Source: Vulcanimicrobiota bacterium (lineage in GTDB: Bacteria; Vulcanimicrobiota; Vulcanimicrobiia; Vulcanimicrobiales; Vulcanimicrobiaceae). Taken from it: DNA of 64,000 nt. The notes beneath the pieces were generated by a model. That model worked only from the letters and a program-made list of their open reading frames with translations, was not told where the DNA came from and made no database searches. This document shows positions 19,894 through 30,186 of the stretch, one piece after another. Position numbers and translations under genes: made by a program. The DNA is taken from NCBI GenBank assembly GCA_963795855.1, contig CAWCIZ010000006.1, positions 64,001 through 128,000 on the forward strand. The letters run 5' to 3'. Positions within the stretch are counted from its first letter, which is position 1, and every line of letters starts with the position of its first letter.

Positions 19894-20265
19894 TTACGGA
19901 AACGTCTTGCGGTAACGCGGATTCTCGCGGCGCAAACGGACCGACGGCGTCGCGCCGTCCAGCAACCGGGGTTTTGCGATCGCTACTTCCGCCCGCGCGA
20001 CGCGCGCATCCCGAAAAATGTCGCGCAGCACTTCAGCCGCCAAGCGTTCGAGCAGTGCGTACGACGTCGACTGCACGATGCCGATGATGCGCTGATGCAG
20101 CGCTGCGTAATCCAAAGTCTCGCCCAGATCGTCGCTCGACGACGGGGCGGTGAGATCTATTTCGACGAGAACATCCACGTCGAACGGCTGCTCGGCGTCG
20201 CGCTCGCCCGCATTTGCGCCGTGCCGGCCCTGCGCGCGCAGGCCGCTGAGCGCAATCACGTCCAT
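19894..20265 (-). CDS. folB: Dihydroneopterin aldolase
   Basis: GRHGA..GER...QPFDVD, TLDYA, LLERLA, IAKP. Sits between folP and folK. Confidence 0.93.
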   Translation of the reverse strand: MDVIALSGLRAQGRHGANAGERDAEQPFDVDVLVEIDLTAPSSSDDLGETLDYAALHQRIIGIVQSTSYALLERLAAEVLRDIFRDARVARAEVAIAKPRLLDGATPSVRLRRENPRYRKTFP

Positions 20266-21113
20266 TCGGCAGGTCTCCAATCGCGCACGATTGCATCGCT
20301 GACGCTGACTGCATCGCGAGCCTCTTCGACGTCGTGCACGCGCACGATGTCGATTCCCGCGGCAACCGCAAGCGCCGTCGTGGCACTCGTTCCGTGCGTG
20401 CGCTGCGGCGGCTTCTTACCGGTGAGTTTACCGATCGTCGATTTCCGCGAGGTGCCGATGAGCGTTGGAAATCCCAGGGCCGTCAGCCGCGCCAACTCGC
20501 GCAGGACCGTGATGTTGTGCTCCGGCGTTTTTCCGAAGCCGATACCGGGATCGAGAATGACGTGTTCGGCCGCAATCCCCGCGCGCATCGCTCGATGCGC
20601 GGCGTCCTCGAGGAAACGCAGTACCTCATCCATGACGCCGCCTTCGTATTTCGCTTCGCGTTTGTTGTGCATGACGACGACCGGCGCACCGCAGTCGGCC
20701 GCCGCCGCGAGCAGCGCGTCCGGCAGCCCCCACACCGAGTTGAGGATGTCCGCGCCCGCGGCGTGCGCAGCGCGAAACACCTGCGCTTTGTACGTATCGG
20801 CGGAGAGTATCGCATCGGGAAGCATCTCCCGTACGCGCTCGAGCACCGGCACGAGGCGCGCATTTTCGGTTTGCTCGTCGACCGGAACGTGACCCGGCCG
20901 CGTCGATTCCGCACCGATGTCGAGCATGTCGCTCGATCGCCGGTACTGCTCGAGCGCATACGCCGTCGCATCGTCCGGCGAGAGCACGCCGTCGCCGGAA
21001 AACGAATCCGGCGTGACGTTCACGATGCCCATGACGTACGTTCGCTCGCCCCACGGCAATTCTCGCCCGCGGACGCGCAGCGCGCCGCGTTTACCGCGCA
21101 GATCGAGTTGCAA
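20256..21113 (-). CDS. folP: Dihydropteroate synthase
   Basis: MGIVNVTPDSFSGDG, DIGAESTRPG, DPGIGFGK, GTSRKS, VRVHDV. Confidence 0.97.
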   Translation of the reverse strand: MQLDLRGKRGALRVRGRELPWGERTYVMGIVNVTPDSFSGDGVLSPDDATAYALEQYRRSSDMLDIGAESTRPGHVPVDEQTENARLVPVLERVREMLPDAILSADTYKAQVFRAAHAAGADILNSVWGLPDALLAAAADCGAPVVVMHNKREAKYEGGVMDEVLRFLEDAAHRAMRAGIAAEHVILDPGIGFGKTPEHNITVLRELARLTALGFPTLIGTSRKSTIGKLTGKKPPQRTHGTSATTALAVAAGIDIVRVHDVEEARDAVSVSDAIVRDWRPAEWT

Positions 21114-22421
21114 CCACGTTCTCCATCCACCACTCGCGTAAATCGGCTACGACGAACGTCGAGCCGGTGACCACGACGACGTCGTCCGACGAAGCGTTGC
21201 GCCGCGCGACGTTGAGCGCTTCGACGGAGTCGCCGATCGCGCGGCCGGAGATTCCCAGCGACTCGGCCAGCGACATCAGCTGCTGCGGCTTAATCGCGGT
21301 GCGTCCTTGCGTTTCAAACGACGTGAAAATGTACGTTGCGGGAAGATCGGCGAACGCGTGCAAAATCTCGTGCGCATTTTTGCTTTGCCCGACTGCGACG
21401 ATTAAGACGAACCGCCGATCCGGAAAAGCGGTTTGCAGCGAGCGCGCCAAGTGCGAGGCTTTGTCGGGATTATGCGCGACGTCGAAAAGCACGCCGGGGT
21501 GCGAAGGGAAGTACTCCATGCGGCCGGCGAGATCGAAGTGTGCGAGTCCGCGTTCGATCGCATCCGTCGAGGGGCGCAGATCGTCGCCGAGTTGTTCGAG
21601 CGCCACGACCGCCGTTGCTGCGTTGCGCTGTTGAAACGTTCCGAGTACCGGCAGTGTGAGCTCGTACGTTTGGACGGGCGTGGTGAGCGCGAACGATTGC
21701 GTCGAACGGCGAGGACGCGCGCTCCTCGAGTTGACGTAACGTCGAGCACGGGAACGAACGGGGCGCCGGCGTCGCGGCAGTGCGCCTCGATCACCCCTCT
21801 CGCACCGGCGTGGTCGGCGGCGCTGACGAGCGGCACGCCGGCGCGCGCTATCCCGGCTTTGTCCGCTGCGATCTCTTCGAGCGTTTCCCCCAGAATCTCG
21901 GTGTGATCGAGACCCACGTTCGTAATGACGCTTACCCGCGGCCGGCGAAGCACGTTCGTGCCGTCCAACTTGCCGCCGATGCCGACCTCGATGACCGCGG
22001 CGTCGACGCGCTCCTGCGCGAAGTACATGAACGCTATTGCAAGCAGCGTTTCATAATACGAAGGCCGCGAGAACGTCTGCGTCACTGTTTCGACGGCGGC
22101 CATCATCGCCTCGAGAATTTCCGCGAAGCGCTCTTCGGAGATCGGCACGCCGTCGATTCGCGCGCGTTCGGTCATCGAGCGAAGGTGCGGTTTTGTATGC
22201 AGACCGGTGCGTTTGCCCGAAGCGGCGAGCGCGGAAGCGATCATCGTACTCGTCGACCCTTTTCCGCTCGTGCCGCCGACGTGCACGGTCGGATACTGCT
22301 CTTGCGGATCGCCGAGTTCGCCCAAAAACGCGCGCATGCGATCCAGACGGTAAGGCTCCCGCCGCGACGCCGTTTCGTTCAGCGTTCCGAGCAAATAGTT
22401 TTGCGCTTGCGTGAAATCCAC
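21091..22421 (-). CDS. folC: Folylpolyglutamate/dihydrofolate synthase (frameshift near 21700-21725)
   Basis: HVGGTSGKGST, EVGIGGKLDGTN, LDHTEILG..IAADKAGI. C-terminal GRME..FDVAHNP, VTGSTFVV in another frame. Confidence 0.93.
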
Positions 22422-22423
22422 GA

Positions 22424-22906
22424 TCAGCCGTGGTCGACCTCGCCCGCGAGCAGTTCGATCGCGTGCGGCAAAACCGGAACGATGACGTCGAGCGCTTCAG
22501 CGACGGCTTTGGGGCTGCCGGGAAGGTTGACGATGAGCGTGCGATGGCGCACCCCCGCCATGCCGCGTGAAAGCATCGCAGTTTGCACGATGCGAAGCGA
22601 TGCGCTGCGAATTGCCTCCGAGATCCCCGGCACTTCGTAATCCAAGATTGCGGCAGTTGCCTGCGGCGTGCGATCGCGGGGGCCGAGCCCGGTTCCTCCG
22701 CTGGTTAGCACGAGCGCCGCGACGCGGCTATCGCAAAGATCGATGAGTTCCGCCTGCAGCGCTCCCGCGTCGTCGGGCAGGACGGTTTCGCGTACGACTT
22801 CGTACTCGGCGCCGAGTTTCTCGCGCATGACCGGGAGACAGGCGTCCGCGCGCCGTCCCGAGGCGGCCCGATCCGAGAGCACGATGAGCGCGACTCTAGC
22901 CCGCAT
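22424..22906 (-). CDS. Molybdopterin adenylyltransferase, MogA/MoaB family
   Basis: SDRA, TSGGTGLGPRDRTPQAT, AMLSRG.AG, IVNLPGSPKAV. Confidence 0.93.
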   Translation of the reverse strand: MRARVALIVLSDRAASGRRADACLPVMREKLGAEYEVVRETVLPDDAGALQAELIDLCDSRVAALVLTSGGTGLGPRDRTPQATAAILDYEVPGISEAIRSASLRIVQTAMLSRGMAGVRHRTLIVNLPGSPKAVAEALDVIVPVLPHAIELLAGEVDHG

Positions 22907-23366
22907 GCCAGTCTCCACTTTTTCCACCGGTTTTTTCGAGCAGGCGGACCGATTCGATCGCAATTCCTTTTTCGACGGCCTTCGCCATGTCGTAGATGGT
23001 CAAGGCGCTCACCGCAGCCGCGACCATCGCTTCCATCTCGACGCCGGTTTGTGCGACCGTCGATGCGATGGTTTCGATGACCAGCACGTCGCCGTCCCAC
23101 GAAAATCCGACATCGATCTTTGCGAGCGGTATGCCATGGGCCAGAGGAATCAGCGACGGCGTGTTTTTCGCCGCCATGATGCCCGCAATTTGCGCGGCGG
23201 CGAATGCGTCGCCTTTTTGAAGCGTTGCGTTGCGAAGCGCCGATGCGGCAGCGGCACCGAGCCGAATGCGCGCTTGCGCGCGGGCCGTCCGCACAGTCGC
23301 CGCTTTGGCCGAAACGTCGACCATGAAAATGCTGCCGTCGTCGGCGAAGTGTGAGGGTTTCTGCAC
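22896..23366 (-). CDS. moaC: Cyclic pyranopterin monophosphate synthase MoaC
   Basis: MVDVSAK, KGD...A.IAGIMAAK.T..LIPL.H, TGVEMEAM, LTIYDMAKAV, LLEKTGGKSG. Confidence 0.96.
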   Translation of the reverse strand: MQKPSHFADDGSIFMVDVSAKAATVRTARAQARIRLGAAAASALRNATLQKGDAFAAAQIAGIMAAKNTPSLIPLAHGIPLAKIDVGFSWDGDVLVIETIASTVAQTGVEMEAMVAAAVSALTIYDMAKAVEKGIAIESVRLLEKTGGKSGDWHAG

Positions 23367-23391
23367 GATGATAGAAAAACGGGAGCCGTAG

Positions 23392-24577
23392 ATGTCCTTG
23401 TCTGAAGGTACTGGCGGGAGTTCGAGCCCCGAGTCCGTGGCCCTCGGTGAGGTGCTCGCGTTTTTCGGCGCGGTCGCGGATTACGCCGCGGGGCGCGTAC
23501 CCGAAGAAGGTGAACGCGTAACGTCGCTGGCCGTCAACGTCGGACGAATCGCAGGGTTGCCCGAACAAGAACTGAGCGCGCTGTATTTTGCGGCGCGTTT
23601 GCGCAATATGGGAACGCTCGGAAACGACGCGTTCCAAACGGCCAATGCGCTGAGCGAACGGGAAGCCGCCATGCGCGCGTGGGATGTGCCGTCCGACGGA
23701 GCGCGTCTCTGCGAGCGCATTGCAGCGTTGCCCATGGGAACGGCGGACATCGTGCGATGGCAGGCGGAGTGCTGGGACGGCACCGGCTATCCGGATCAGT
23801 TGCGTTGGTCGGGCATTCCGAAAGCAGCGCAAGTGCTGCACATCGCCCGAACCTATGCCGGCGTCACGGATGCCGAAGAAGCGCTTACCGCGATTTCGAT
23901 GGAGAGCGGGCGCAGCTTCGCACCCGAACAAGTGCGTGCGTTCGTGATGTGGTTTCACACGTTCGGCGGTGAAATCGAATCGGTTGCGCCGCCGTATGAT
24001 GCACTGCAAGCCGGCGCTGCTGCAATCGACGGCGTGCTCGACTCGCTCTCCGAGCGCGTCGACGCGCACAATGGTACGCAAGGCCGTGCCGCCCGCATCG
24101 CGCAGCGAAGTGAAGAGCTCGCGCGGCAATGCGGATTCGACGCCGATACGCAGCGACAAGCGAAGCTTCGCCTCGCTGTTTTTCGGCATCGGCGAGTTGC
24201 GTGCGCCGGAACTCGAGTCGGTGCGGTTCGACCCGCTCGCTCGGCTCGGCATCAAAACGCGGGCCGAACATGCGGCAATCGCGTCGCAAATCGCGGCATC
24301 GTGTGCGTATCTCGGCGGCCTTGCGCCGGTGCTGCGCGCGCGTTCGGAGTGGTACGATGGGACGGGGCGACCCGATCGACTCCGCCGCGACGCTATCCCG
24401 GCCGCTTCCCGCGTTCTCGCCGTTTCGATCGCCTATGATGCACTCGAGGAATCTTACCGCAGCCGCATCACGGAAGAACGCGCCCTGCCCATGACGCGGC
24501 TCGAAACGGCTTCCGGTACGCAGTTCGATCCGCAAGTCGTGCGGGCGCTCTCCGAGGTCGTGAAAGCGCGCGCATGA
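23392..24577 (+). CDS. Tandem HD-GYP-like protein with degenerate HD motifs (frameshift near 24170)
   Basis: ECWDGTGYPD.L..SGIP and EWYDGTGRPD.L..DAIP..SR, C-terminal GTQFDPQVV. The HDIGK sites read RNMGT and FGIGE. Confidence 0.8.
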
Positions 24578-25489
24578 TCGAGCTGTCGGAACGCACGCGG
24601 CGCATCTGCGCTTCACGCCTTGAAGAGATTCTTCGTGAGTTCGCCTGTACGAGCGTCGTCGATCCCTTCATGGGCGTGCCGACGCACTTGAACTATCTCA
24701 AGCGTCACGGTTTTGCAGTCCATGGCGGCGACCTCGTGGAGTGGTTCGTCCGTGTGGGCGAGGGATTGATCGCCAACGACTTCACCGTCTTACGCGACAG
24801 CGAAGTTGCCGAGATCGTCGAGATGCTGCCCGGCCGAATCTATACCATCGACCTGTTCAAAGCTTGGGAAGGCGTGTTCTTCAGTGAAGAGCAGTGCGTC
24901 TACTTGAGCGTTTGGCACGACAACGTGCGCAATCTGCGCAGCGACGGCCAGACCGGCCTCGCGATTCTCGGATTGTGGAACGTTCTGTGCTACTGGCTGC
25001 AAAAGGCGCACTATCCCGACGACATGCAGGACATCGCGCCGAGCGAATTGGCGTGGAGCTGACATTCGCAAGACGGAACGGTGGGTCGGAACGAATCTGC
25101 GGCACAACACCGTGCGGCAGTCCGACGTCCTGACCACCATCGGTGCGCAAACGGCCGACGCGCTGTTCATCGCGCCTCCGGCACGGAACTCGTTCCGCAG
25201 CGTCGACGCGCGGATCTGGATGTGGGAAGCGTGGTGGCACGGGAATCCGTATCACAACGTCGAGCACGCCTATCGCGATTCGCTGTTCGGCCGGCGCAGC
25301 GGCGATGAAGCCGGCTACGCGCGCGCGATCGCAAGCGTCCTTTCAAACGCGCAGGAGTATCCGGTTGTCGTGCTTCAGACGACGGAGCAGCGGCTGCGGG
25401 AGTTCGAGCCGCACATGCGAAACGCGCGCCCGCACGTTGAAATACGGGCGCTGCATCCGCACGAAGTGTATTTGATCGGAACGAAGTAA
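24574..25489 (+). CDS. Degenerate D12/Dam-class adenine DNA methyltransferase homolog (one gene split by an extra base near 25061)
   Basis: Motif I-like SVVDPFMG near the N-terminus. Removing G25061 joins the 162-aa and 125-aa ORFs. Motif IV position reads ADALFIAPPA instead of (Y/F)xDPPY. Confidence 0.55.
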
Positions 25490-25494
25490 AAAGT

Positions 25495-25692
25495 TTAGCG
25501 CGCGGCGGCCGACTCAGTCGACATCCGCGCCCACACGAAGCACAGAATCGCGATGACCGCAAACAAGATCGTATGCTTCAGGTGACGCGCACCGTTCAGG
25601 CCGATCGCAGGCGCGAAATGCGCGATGCCGGTGGCGGTCAGAATCGCGAGAATCACGAAGATGACGCCGAGTACCACAGCAAGAATTTTCAT
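25495..25692 (-). CDS. Small two-TM membrane protein
   Basis: MKILAVVLGVIFVILAIL...TILFAVIAILCFVWAR. Start overlaps the uppP stop (ATGA). Confidence 0.7.
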   Translation of the reverse strand: MKILAVVLGVIFVILAILTATGIAHFAPAIGLNGARHLKHTILFAVIAILCFVWARMSTESAAAR

Positions 25693-26546
25693 CGAATTAC
25701 TCCCATGCGAGCGAGTGCGAGGCAGAGACCCCCGAAGAGTAGGCAGTACCAGCCGAACGGCCGCAAATCGTTCCGTTGAAAATACCGGACGAGGAATGCG
25801 ACGGACAAGTATGCGGCAATTCCGGCAACGATTCCGCCTATCACGGCTTCGAAAAGCACGATATGGCGTCCCGGGCCCATCAAATCCGGTACCTCGAGCA
25901 GCCCGGCGGCCAGAATGACCGGCGTGGCCAGGAGAAACGAATAGTTCGCCGCGTCCTCGTGATTCAGGTTGGCAAGGAGGCCTGCGACCATCGAAACGCC
26001 GGACCTGGAGATCCCCGGAAACAGTGCGAGCGACTGCGCGAACCCCACGCCGACGCTCTGCGCCCAGGTCAACTGCGCGATCTGTTTGTCGCCGCGATGA
26101 TACTGCTTCTTTTGCCGGCGGCGTAAGAATTCGCCGAAGAACATGATGAATGCGTTGAAGATCAGAAACGCGGCCGCCAGTTCCGCACTGCCGAAGAATT
26201 TGCGCACCGGATCTTTGAGGAGCACGCCCAGCAGTCCAACGGGAATGGTTCCGACGACCAGCAGCCACGCCACCTTCTCGTCGGGATCGGCGCCGATCTT
26301 TCCACGCACGATACTTCCGATGAACGCGCGCACGATACGCACCCAGATCTTCCAATAAAACACGACCAGCGCCAGCGCCGTTCCAAGATGTAACACCGTG
26401 ACGAAAGCCAGGAACGTGGGGTCTTCGCGGTTGATGCGCCAATGCAGCAGGGCCGGAATGAGAATCGTCTGTCCCAGACTGCTCACGGGAAAAAGTTCGC
26501 TTACGCCCTGTAAGACCGCGAGCGCGATGGCTTGGCCGAATGTCAC
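25689..26546 (-). CDS. uppP: Undecaprenyl-diphosphate phosphatase
   Basis: QGVSELFPVSS.G, LHLGT, ALFPGISRSG, YSFLLATP. Confidence 0.95.
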   Translation of the reverse strand: MTFGQAIALAVLQGVSELFPVSSLGQTILIPALLHWRINREDPTFLAFVTVLHLGTALALVVFYWKIWVRIVRAFIGSIVRGKIGADPDEKVAWLLVVGTIPVGLLGVLLKDPVRKFFGSAELAAAFLIFNAFIMFFGEFLRRRQKKQYHRGDKQIAQLTWAQSVGVGFAQSLALFPGISRSGVSMVAGLLANLNHEDAANYSFLLATPVILAAGLLEVPDLMGPGRHIVLFEAVIGGIVAGIAAYLSVAFLVRYFQRNDLRPFGWYCLLFGGLCLALARMGVIR

Positions 26547-26559
26547 GGAGCCGAGGTTA
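26547..26559 (-). promoter_or_regulatory. -10 box TAACCT 7 nt before the uppP GTG (probable leaderless transcript)
   Basis: TAACCT-cggctcc-GTG with no SD. Confidence 0.45.
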
Positions 26560-26620
26560 CGTCACCCGCGAAATTGCTCCTTGGGAGGGATTTTTTCGGC
26601 AGCCTGCTAAGGCGCTTTTC

Positions 26621-27024
26621 GTGGATAACGATTCCGGCGCGCAGCACGCGAAACAGGAGGACGAGCTTTTCGGTCATCACCGAGGGTTCGAGCGCGTCGG
26701 CGACACGCTGCTCGTATCGTACAGTATTTCCGAGGAATTCGCGCCGGAATTCACCGAGGCGTACGACATTGCGGTGGGCGGCATGGCGATGATCACCAAC
26801 GCCGAGCTGCGCAAAGATTCCGCGATCACCGTCCAGCTGGAGTGCGGGGCGACACGCGGCCGATGATTCGCATCGACGGCATCGTGCGCTGGTCACGATT
26901 CGATCCGACGCTCGAGCGCTACAGAACCGGCGTCTCGTTCGTCGATCTGGATGAAAGCACCGAGCGCGACGTCACGCGCTACATCGATACGCTGCGATTG
27001 CTCCGCGACATGGACGTAATTTAA
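26621..27024 (+). CDS. Stand-alone PilZ domain protein (frameshift near 26843)
   Basis: RxxxR (RGFER), DIAVGG, G.VRW, GVSFVDL motifs across two frames. Confidence 0.75.
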
Positions 27025-27063
27025 GCCCTCCGCGCCCCCACGGACGGCGGACGAAGCAACCAG

Positions 27064-27714
27064 TTAAAACGCGACGAACTTCACCGAATACCGGTACGCC
27101 GCAACCACCGCCTTGCATTTCACGAGCGCGGGCGTGTACGTTGCGCCGCGCGCCATTTCCAGTGCGACGGCGTCGAGCCCCGCGTTTCCCGACGACTGCG
27201 CGATCGTCGTACGGACAACGTGTCCGTCCGCGTCGATCTGTACGTCGATCTGCGCAGTACCGCTCGCTTTTGAGGCGCGGACGTCCGGCGGAATGTCGAC
27301 CGGAGCTGCGCTCTCCGAAACGGCGGGCGCGATATCGTGGTCGAGGCATGGCTGCGCTTGCGGCGCGGACGGCGGCGCAGTCGGAACAGGCGTGGCGTGT
27401 GACGGCGCAGCCGTTCCGGAACCCGGCGACGGAACGCGCGCAAGGGAGGGACCCTTCACGGTGTGCGAACTCGTTTTCGGCGGAGCGACCTTCACTTTCG
27501 GCGCCGCACTCGCGCGCGACGTAGGGGCCGGCGTGGGCGGCGGCGGCGTACGCGGGACGATGCGCGCGATCGTCATGCGCCGAACTTTCACCACCTCCGT
27601 TCGATCGGAAGGCGGCGCGAACGGCCAGCGCAGATAGCCGGCCAAGATCAGGTGGAGGATCAGCGAGATCGCGATTGCCGCGATCATGATGTTCCGGGCG
27701 CGCGACGCGCTCAT
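27064..27714 (-). CDS. TonB family energy transducer
   Basis: TM with SLILH, Pro-rich linker, TonB_C (IDADGHV..IAQSSGN..LD..A...ATYTPA). Confidence 0.88.
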   Translation of the reverse strand: MSASRARNIMIAAIAISLILHLILAGYLRWPFAPPSDRTEVVKVRRMTIARIVPRTPPPPTPAPTSRASAAPKVKVAPPKTSSHTVKGPSLARVPSPGSGTAAPSHATPVPTAPPSAPQAQPCLDHDIAPAVSESAAPVDIPPDVRASKASGTAQIDVQIDADGHVVRTTIAQSSGNAGLDAVALEMARGATYTPALVKCKAVVAAYRYSVKFVAF

Positions 27715-27729
27715 GTTTCAGCGCTTCCC

Positions 27730-27764
27730 AAAAACGCAAGGCGCTCCCTTTCGAGAGCGCCTTG
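27730..27764 (-). terminator. Intrinsic terminator between the two tonB genes
   Basis: CAAGGCGCTCTC-GAAA-GGGAGCGCCTTG followed by CGTTTTT on the minus strand. Confidence 0.8.
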
Positions 27765-27791
27765 TCTTCTTTATAAAACGGACGATCCGCT

Positions 27792-28523
27792 TTAGCTGTT
27801 GGGGTCGAACGTTACCTTGAAGTAATACGAACCCACGATCGGCTGACAGTTCACGATCTTCGGCGCGTACGTCGATTGACGCGCCGCGGCGAGTGCCGCC
27901 TGATCGAGCGCCATGTTTCCCGCGCTTTGCGAGATCGTCGCGCTCTGCAAACTGCCGTCCGGAGCGATCGTTACCGTCACCGCGACCTGCACTTCTCCCA
28001 AGCCCAAGTCACGCGCCGAGTCGGGATATTCCGGCTGCGCCTGATTGACGACGGTGGCGTCCTGATACGGCGTCTTGCAGGCGGGCTTCGGCGTTCCCGC
28101 CGGCGCGGTATTCACCGGGTTCGGCGGAGCGCTCGCGACCGTGCCCTGCGGGATGCCTTCTTCCGAACCTTTCGGCGGCGGCACGTACTTCGCTTCGTTG
28201 GAAGTCGTGCTGCTGTGGCTGGTCGTCTTCGGCACGTTGAGTTTGATCACGGTGTGCTGCTGCTGCTGCGGCTGCGGCTTGGGCGGCGGCGTTTGCTTCG
28301 GGGGCGGCGGCGTCGGAGTCGGCGGCGGCGGCGTCGGCGGTTTCACCGTGATTTTCTTGGTGACCGAAACCTTCTCGACCGTCTGCTCTTCCGTGTGCTG
28401 CTTCATGTTCGGCAAAATCGGCGCGAGAAAGAAATGCACGAGAATCGAGATGACGAACGCCCAACCCATGAAGTTGGCGACGCGTTCACCAGTAGTTATG
28501 TAGGGCGAGTTATTGTTCGGCAT
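27792..28523 (-). CDS. tonB: TonB family energy transducer
   Basis: TM with SILVH, Pro-rich linker, PEYPDSAR..G.V.V...I..DG..SAGN..LDQAAL. Follows exbBDD. Confidence 0.9.
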   Translation of the reverse strand: MPNNNSPYITTGERVANFMGWAFVISILVHFFLAPILPNMKQHTEEQTVEKVSVTKKITVKPPTPPPPTPTPPPPKQTPPPKPQPQQQQHTVIKLNVPKTTSHSSTTSNEAKYVPPPKGSEEGIPQGTVASAPPNPVNTAPAGTPKPACKTPYQDATVVNQAQPEYPDSARDLGLGEVQVAVTVTIAPDGSLQSATISQSAGNMALDQAALAAARQSTYAPKIVNCQPIVGSYYFKVTFDPNS

Positions 28524-28525
28524 CT

Positions 28526-28939
28526 CTACGTTTTGCTTCCCGCGATCTTATTGGCCAAGCCGAACTCGGTGAGATCGACGGATTTCGCCGCGTCCATCAC
28601 GAGCAAGATCGTGCCGTAATCGGCCTTCGGGCTCGCTTTGATGATGACGCTCTTGAACTTGTGATCGGTGTCGCTTTGCAGTTGTGCGAACGCCGCTTTG
28701 GCGTCCCTGATATTGATCTGATTCGAGCCGATCTGAATGTTGTTTTTGTCGTCGATGATGACGACGATCTGAGAAGGCACGACTTTGTCGCGGTTCTTCG
28801 CTAGCGGCAGAGCCGGCTCTTTGGTAACCGAGGCGAGGATGATGAAGATGATCAGAAGGACCAACAGCACGTCCGTGAAGGGCGTGATGTTGATGGTCGA
28901 CATGACTTCTTCTTCGCCTTGACCTGTTGAAACGGCCAC
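28526..28939 (-). CDS. exbD: ExbD/TolR family protein
   Basis: INITPFTDVLLVLLIIF with conserved Asp. IIKA...YG...VMDAAK. Confidence 0.93.
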   Translation of the reverse strand: MAVSTGQGEEEVMSTINITPFTDVLLVLLIIFIILASVTKEPALPLAKNRDKVVPSQIVVIIDDKNNIQIGSNQINIRDAKAAFAQLQSDTDHKFKSVIIKASPKADYGTILLVMDAAKSVDLTEFGLANKIAGSKT

Positions 28940-28958
28940 GGATTACTTCAAACCTCCA

Positions 28959-29369
28959 CTATGAAGTGACGAACCCGACGTCTTCGAGCCCGGCTATTTT
29001 GGCTGCGTCGAGGATTGTGATGATGACGCCGTACGGCGCTTTGCCGTCGGCGGTTATCGACACGTGCTTGTTGCCGCGTTTCGCGCGTTCGGTAAGCATC
29101 ACACCGTAGACGCCGTTTTCGTCGGTCTTCTGGCCGTCGACATAGATCACGCCTTTGTTGTTGACGAGAACTTCGATGTCGTTATGCTGCTTGAGGTTGA
29201 GCGGTTGAGAGTTGTTGTTGTTGGGCAGCTCTTTCTCAAACCCGGGCGGCGTGACCAAAGCCGCCAAGATCATGAAGATGATGAGCAAAACAAGCAGCAC
29301 GTCGGTGAACGGCGTGATGTTGATCTCGGCCATCACCTCTTCGTCTTGCTTTGCGGATAGCAGTCCCAC
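28959..29369 (-). CDS. exbD: ExbD/TolR family protein
   Basis: AEINITPFTDVLLVLLIIFMI. ITADGKAPYG..ILDAAK.AG. Confidence 0.93.
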   Translation of the reverse strand: MGLLSAKQDEEVMAEINITPFTDVLLVLLIIFMILAALVTPPGFEKELPNNNNSQPLNLKQHNDIEVLVNNKGVIYVDGQKTDENGVYGVMLTERAKRGNKHVSITADGKAPYGVIITILDAAKIAGLEDVGFVTS

Positions 29370-29381
29370 TCGGCAGTCCTA

Positions 29382-30041
29382 CTACTTCGACGGCTGGTAC
29401 AGATCGGTGGGGATCGGCGCGCCGGTGTTGTGGAAGTGGAGCATCTCGGCCATCTGGTTGGCGGCGACGATCATCTCTTGATTGTACGACTTGATGCGGG
29501 TCTTGAAGTAGTTGAAGAACACGACCGCGATGACCGCGATGATGAGGCCGGTCGCCGTCGTCACGAGCGCTTCGGACACGCCGGCGGCAACGACCGCGGG
29601 CGTCGAATTGCCTTTGAGTGCGATATCCTGGAACGCGCGGATGATGCCGAGCACGGTGCCGAACAGTCCGACGAACGGGGCGATAACGGCGATGGTGCCG
29701 ACGATGCCCAGGTTGCGCTCGAGCGAGTTCAGGTGCTCCATCAGCGCGATTGAGAGCGCGTCGGTGATATCGGCGCGGTTCTTTTCGCCGCGCTGCAGGC
29801 CGAACTCGAGAATGCGCGGCAGCATGCCGCGCTGGGAGCGGCAGACCTTGACGGCGCCGTCGATATCGTCGCCGGCGATCTTTGCGCCGATCGCCCGAAG
29901 AAGGCCCTTCGTGTCGCCGTGCTGCGTCGCGAAGAACACGAGCCGCTCGATGACAACCGCAAGACCGACGACCGAGATCAACAGCAGCAGCCACATATCC
30001 CAGCCGCCCTGCTGCATTAGACTCATGAAACCGGAAAACAC
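29382..30041 (-). CDS. exbB: MotA/TolQ/ExbB proton channel protein
   Basis: IAPFVGLFGTVLGII.AF, GVSEALVTTATGL..A. Confidence 0.95.
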   Translation of the reverse strand: MFSGFMSLMQQGGWDMWLLLLISVVGLAVVIERLVFFATQHGDTKGLLRAIGAKIAGDDIDGAVKVCRSQRGMLPRILEFGLQRGEKNRADITDALSIALMEHLNSLERNLGIVGTIAVIAPFVGLFGTVLGIIRAFQDIALKGNSTPAVVAAGVSEALVTTATGLIIAVIAVVFFNYFKTRIKSYNQEMIVAANQMAEMLHFHNTGAPIPTDLYQPSK

Positions 30042-30186
30042 TATTTTTTCGACCCCTCCCGTTTTGCGGGAACGTAGTGTGCGCTAGACAGTAGAAAAGA
30101 ACCGGGGGCCACCCCCCGTTTCCGTGAAGGCGGCCATTGGCCCACCTCCGCGAAAAGTCCTCGTTAAGTTCTCGGCGTCCGCCGCA

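Noticed and set aside
12275..22421. Pseudogenes or programmed frameshifts in tlyA, xseA, xseB, nusB and folC
   Set aside because: All conserved motifs are intact, there are no nonsense codons or shared slippery sites, and several are core genes. Sequencing indels explain them better.
24574..25489. Active restriction-modification system
   Set aside because: Catalytic DPPY is absent and no endonuclease or specificity gene is adjacent.
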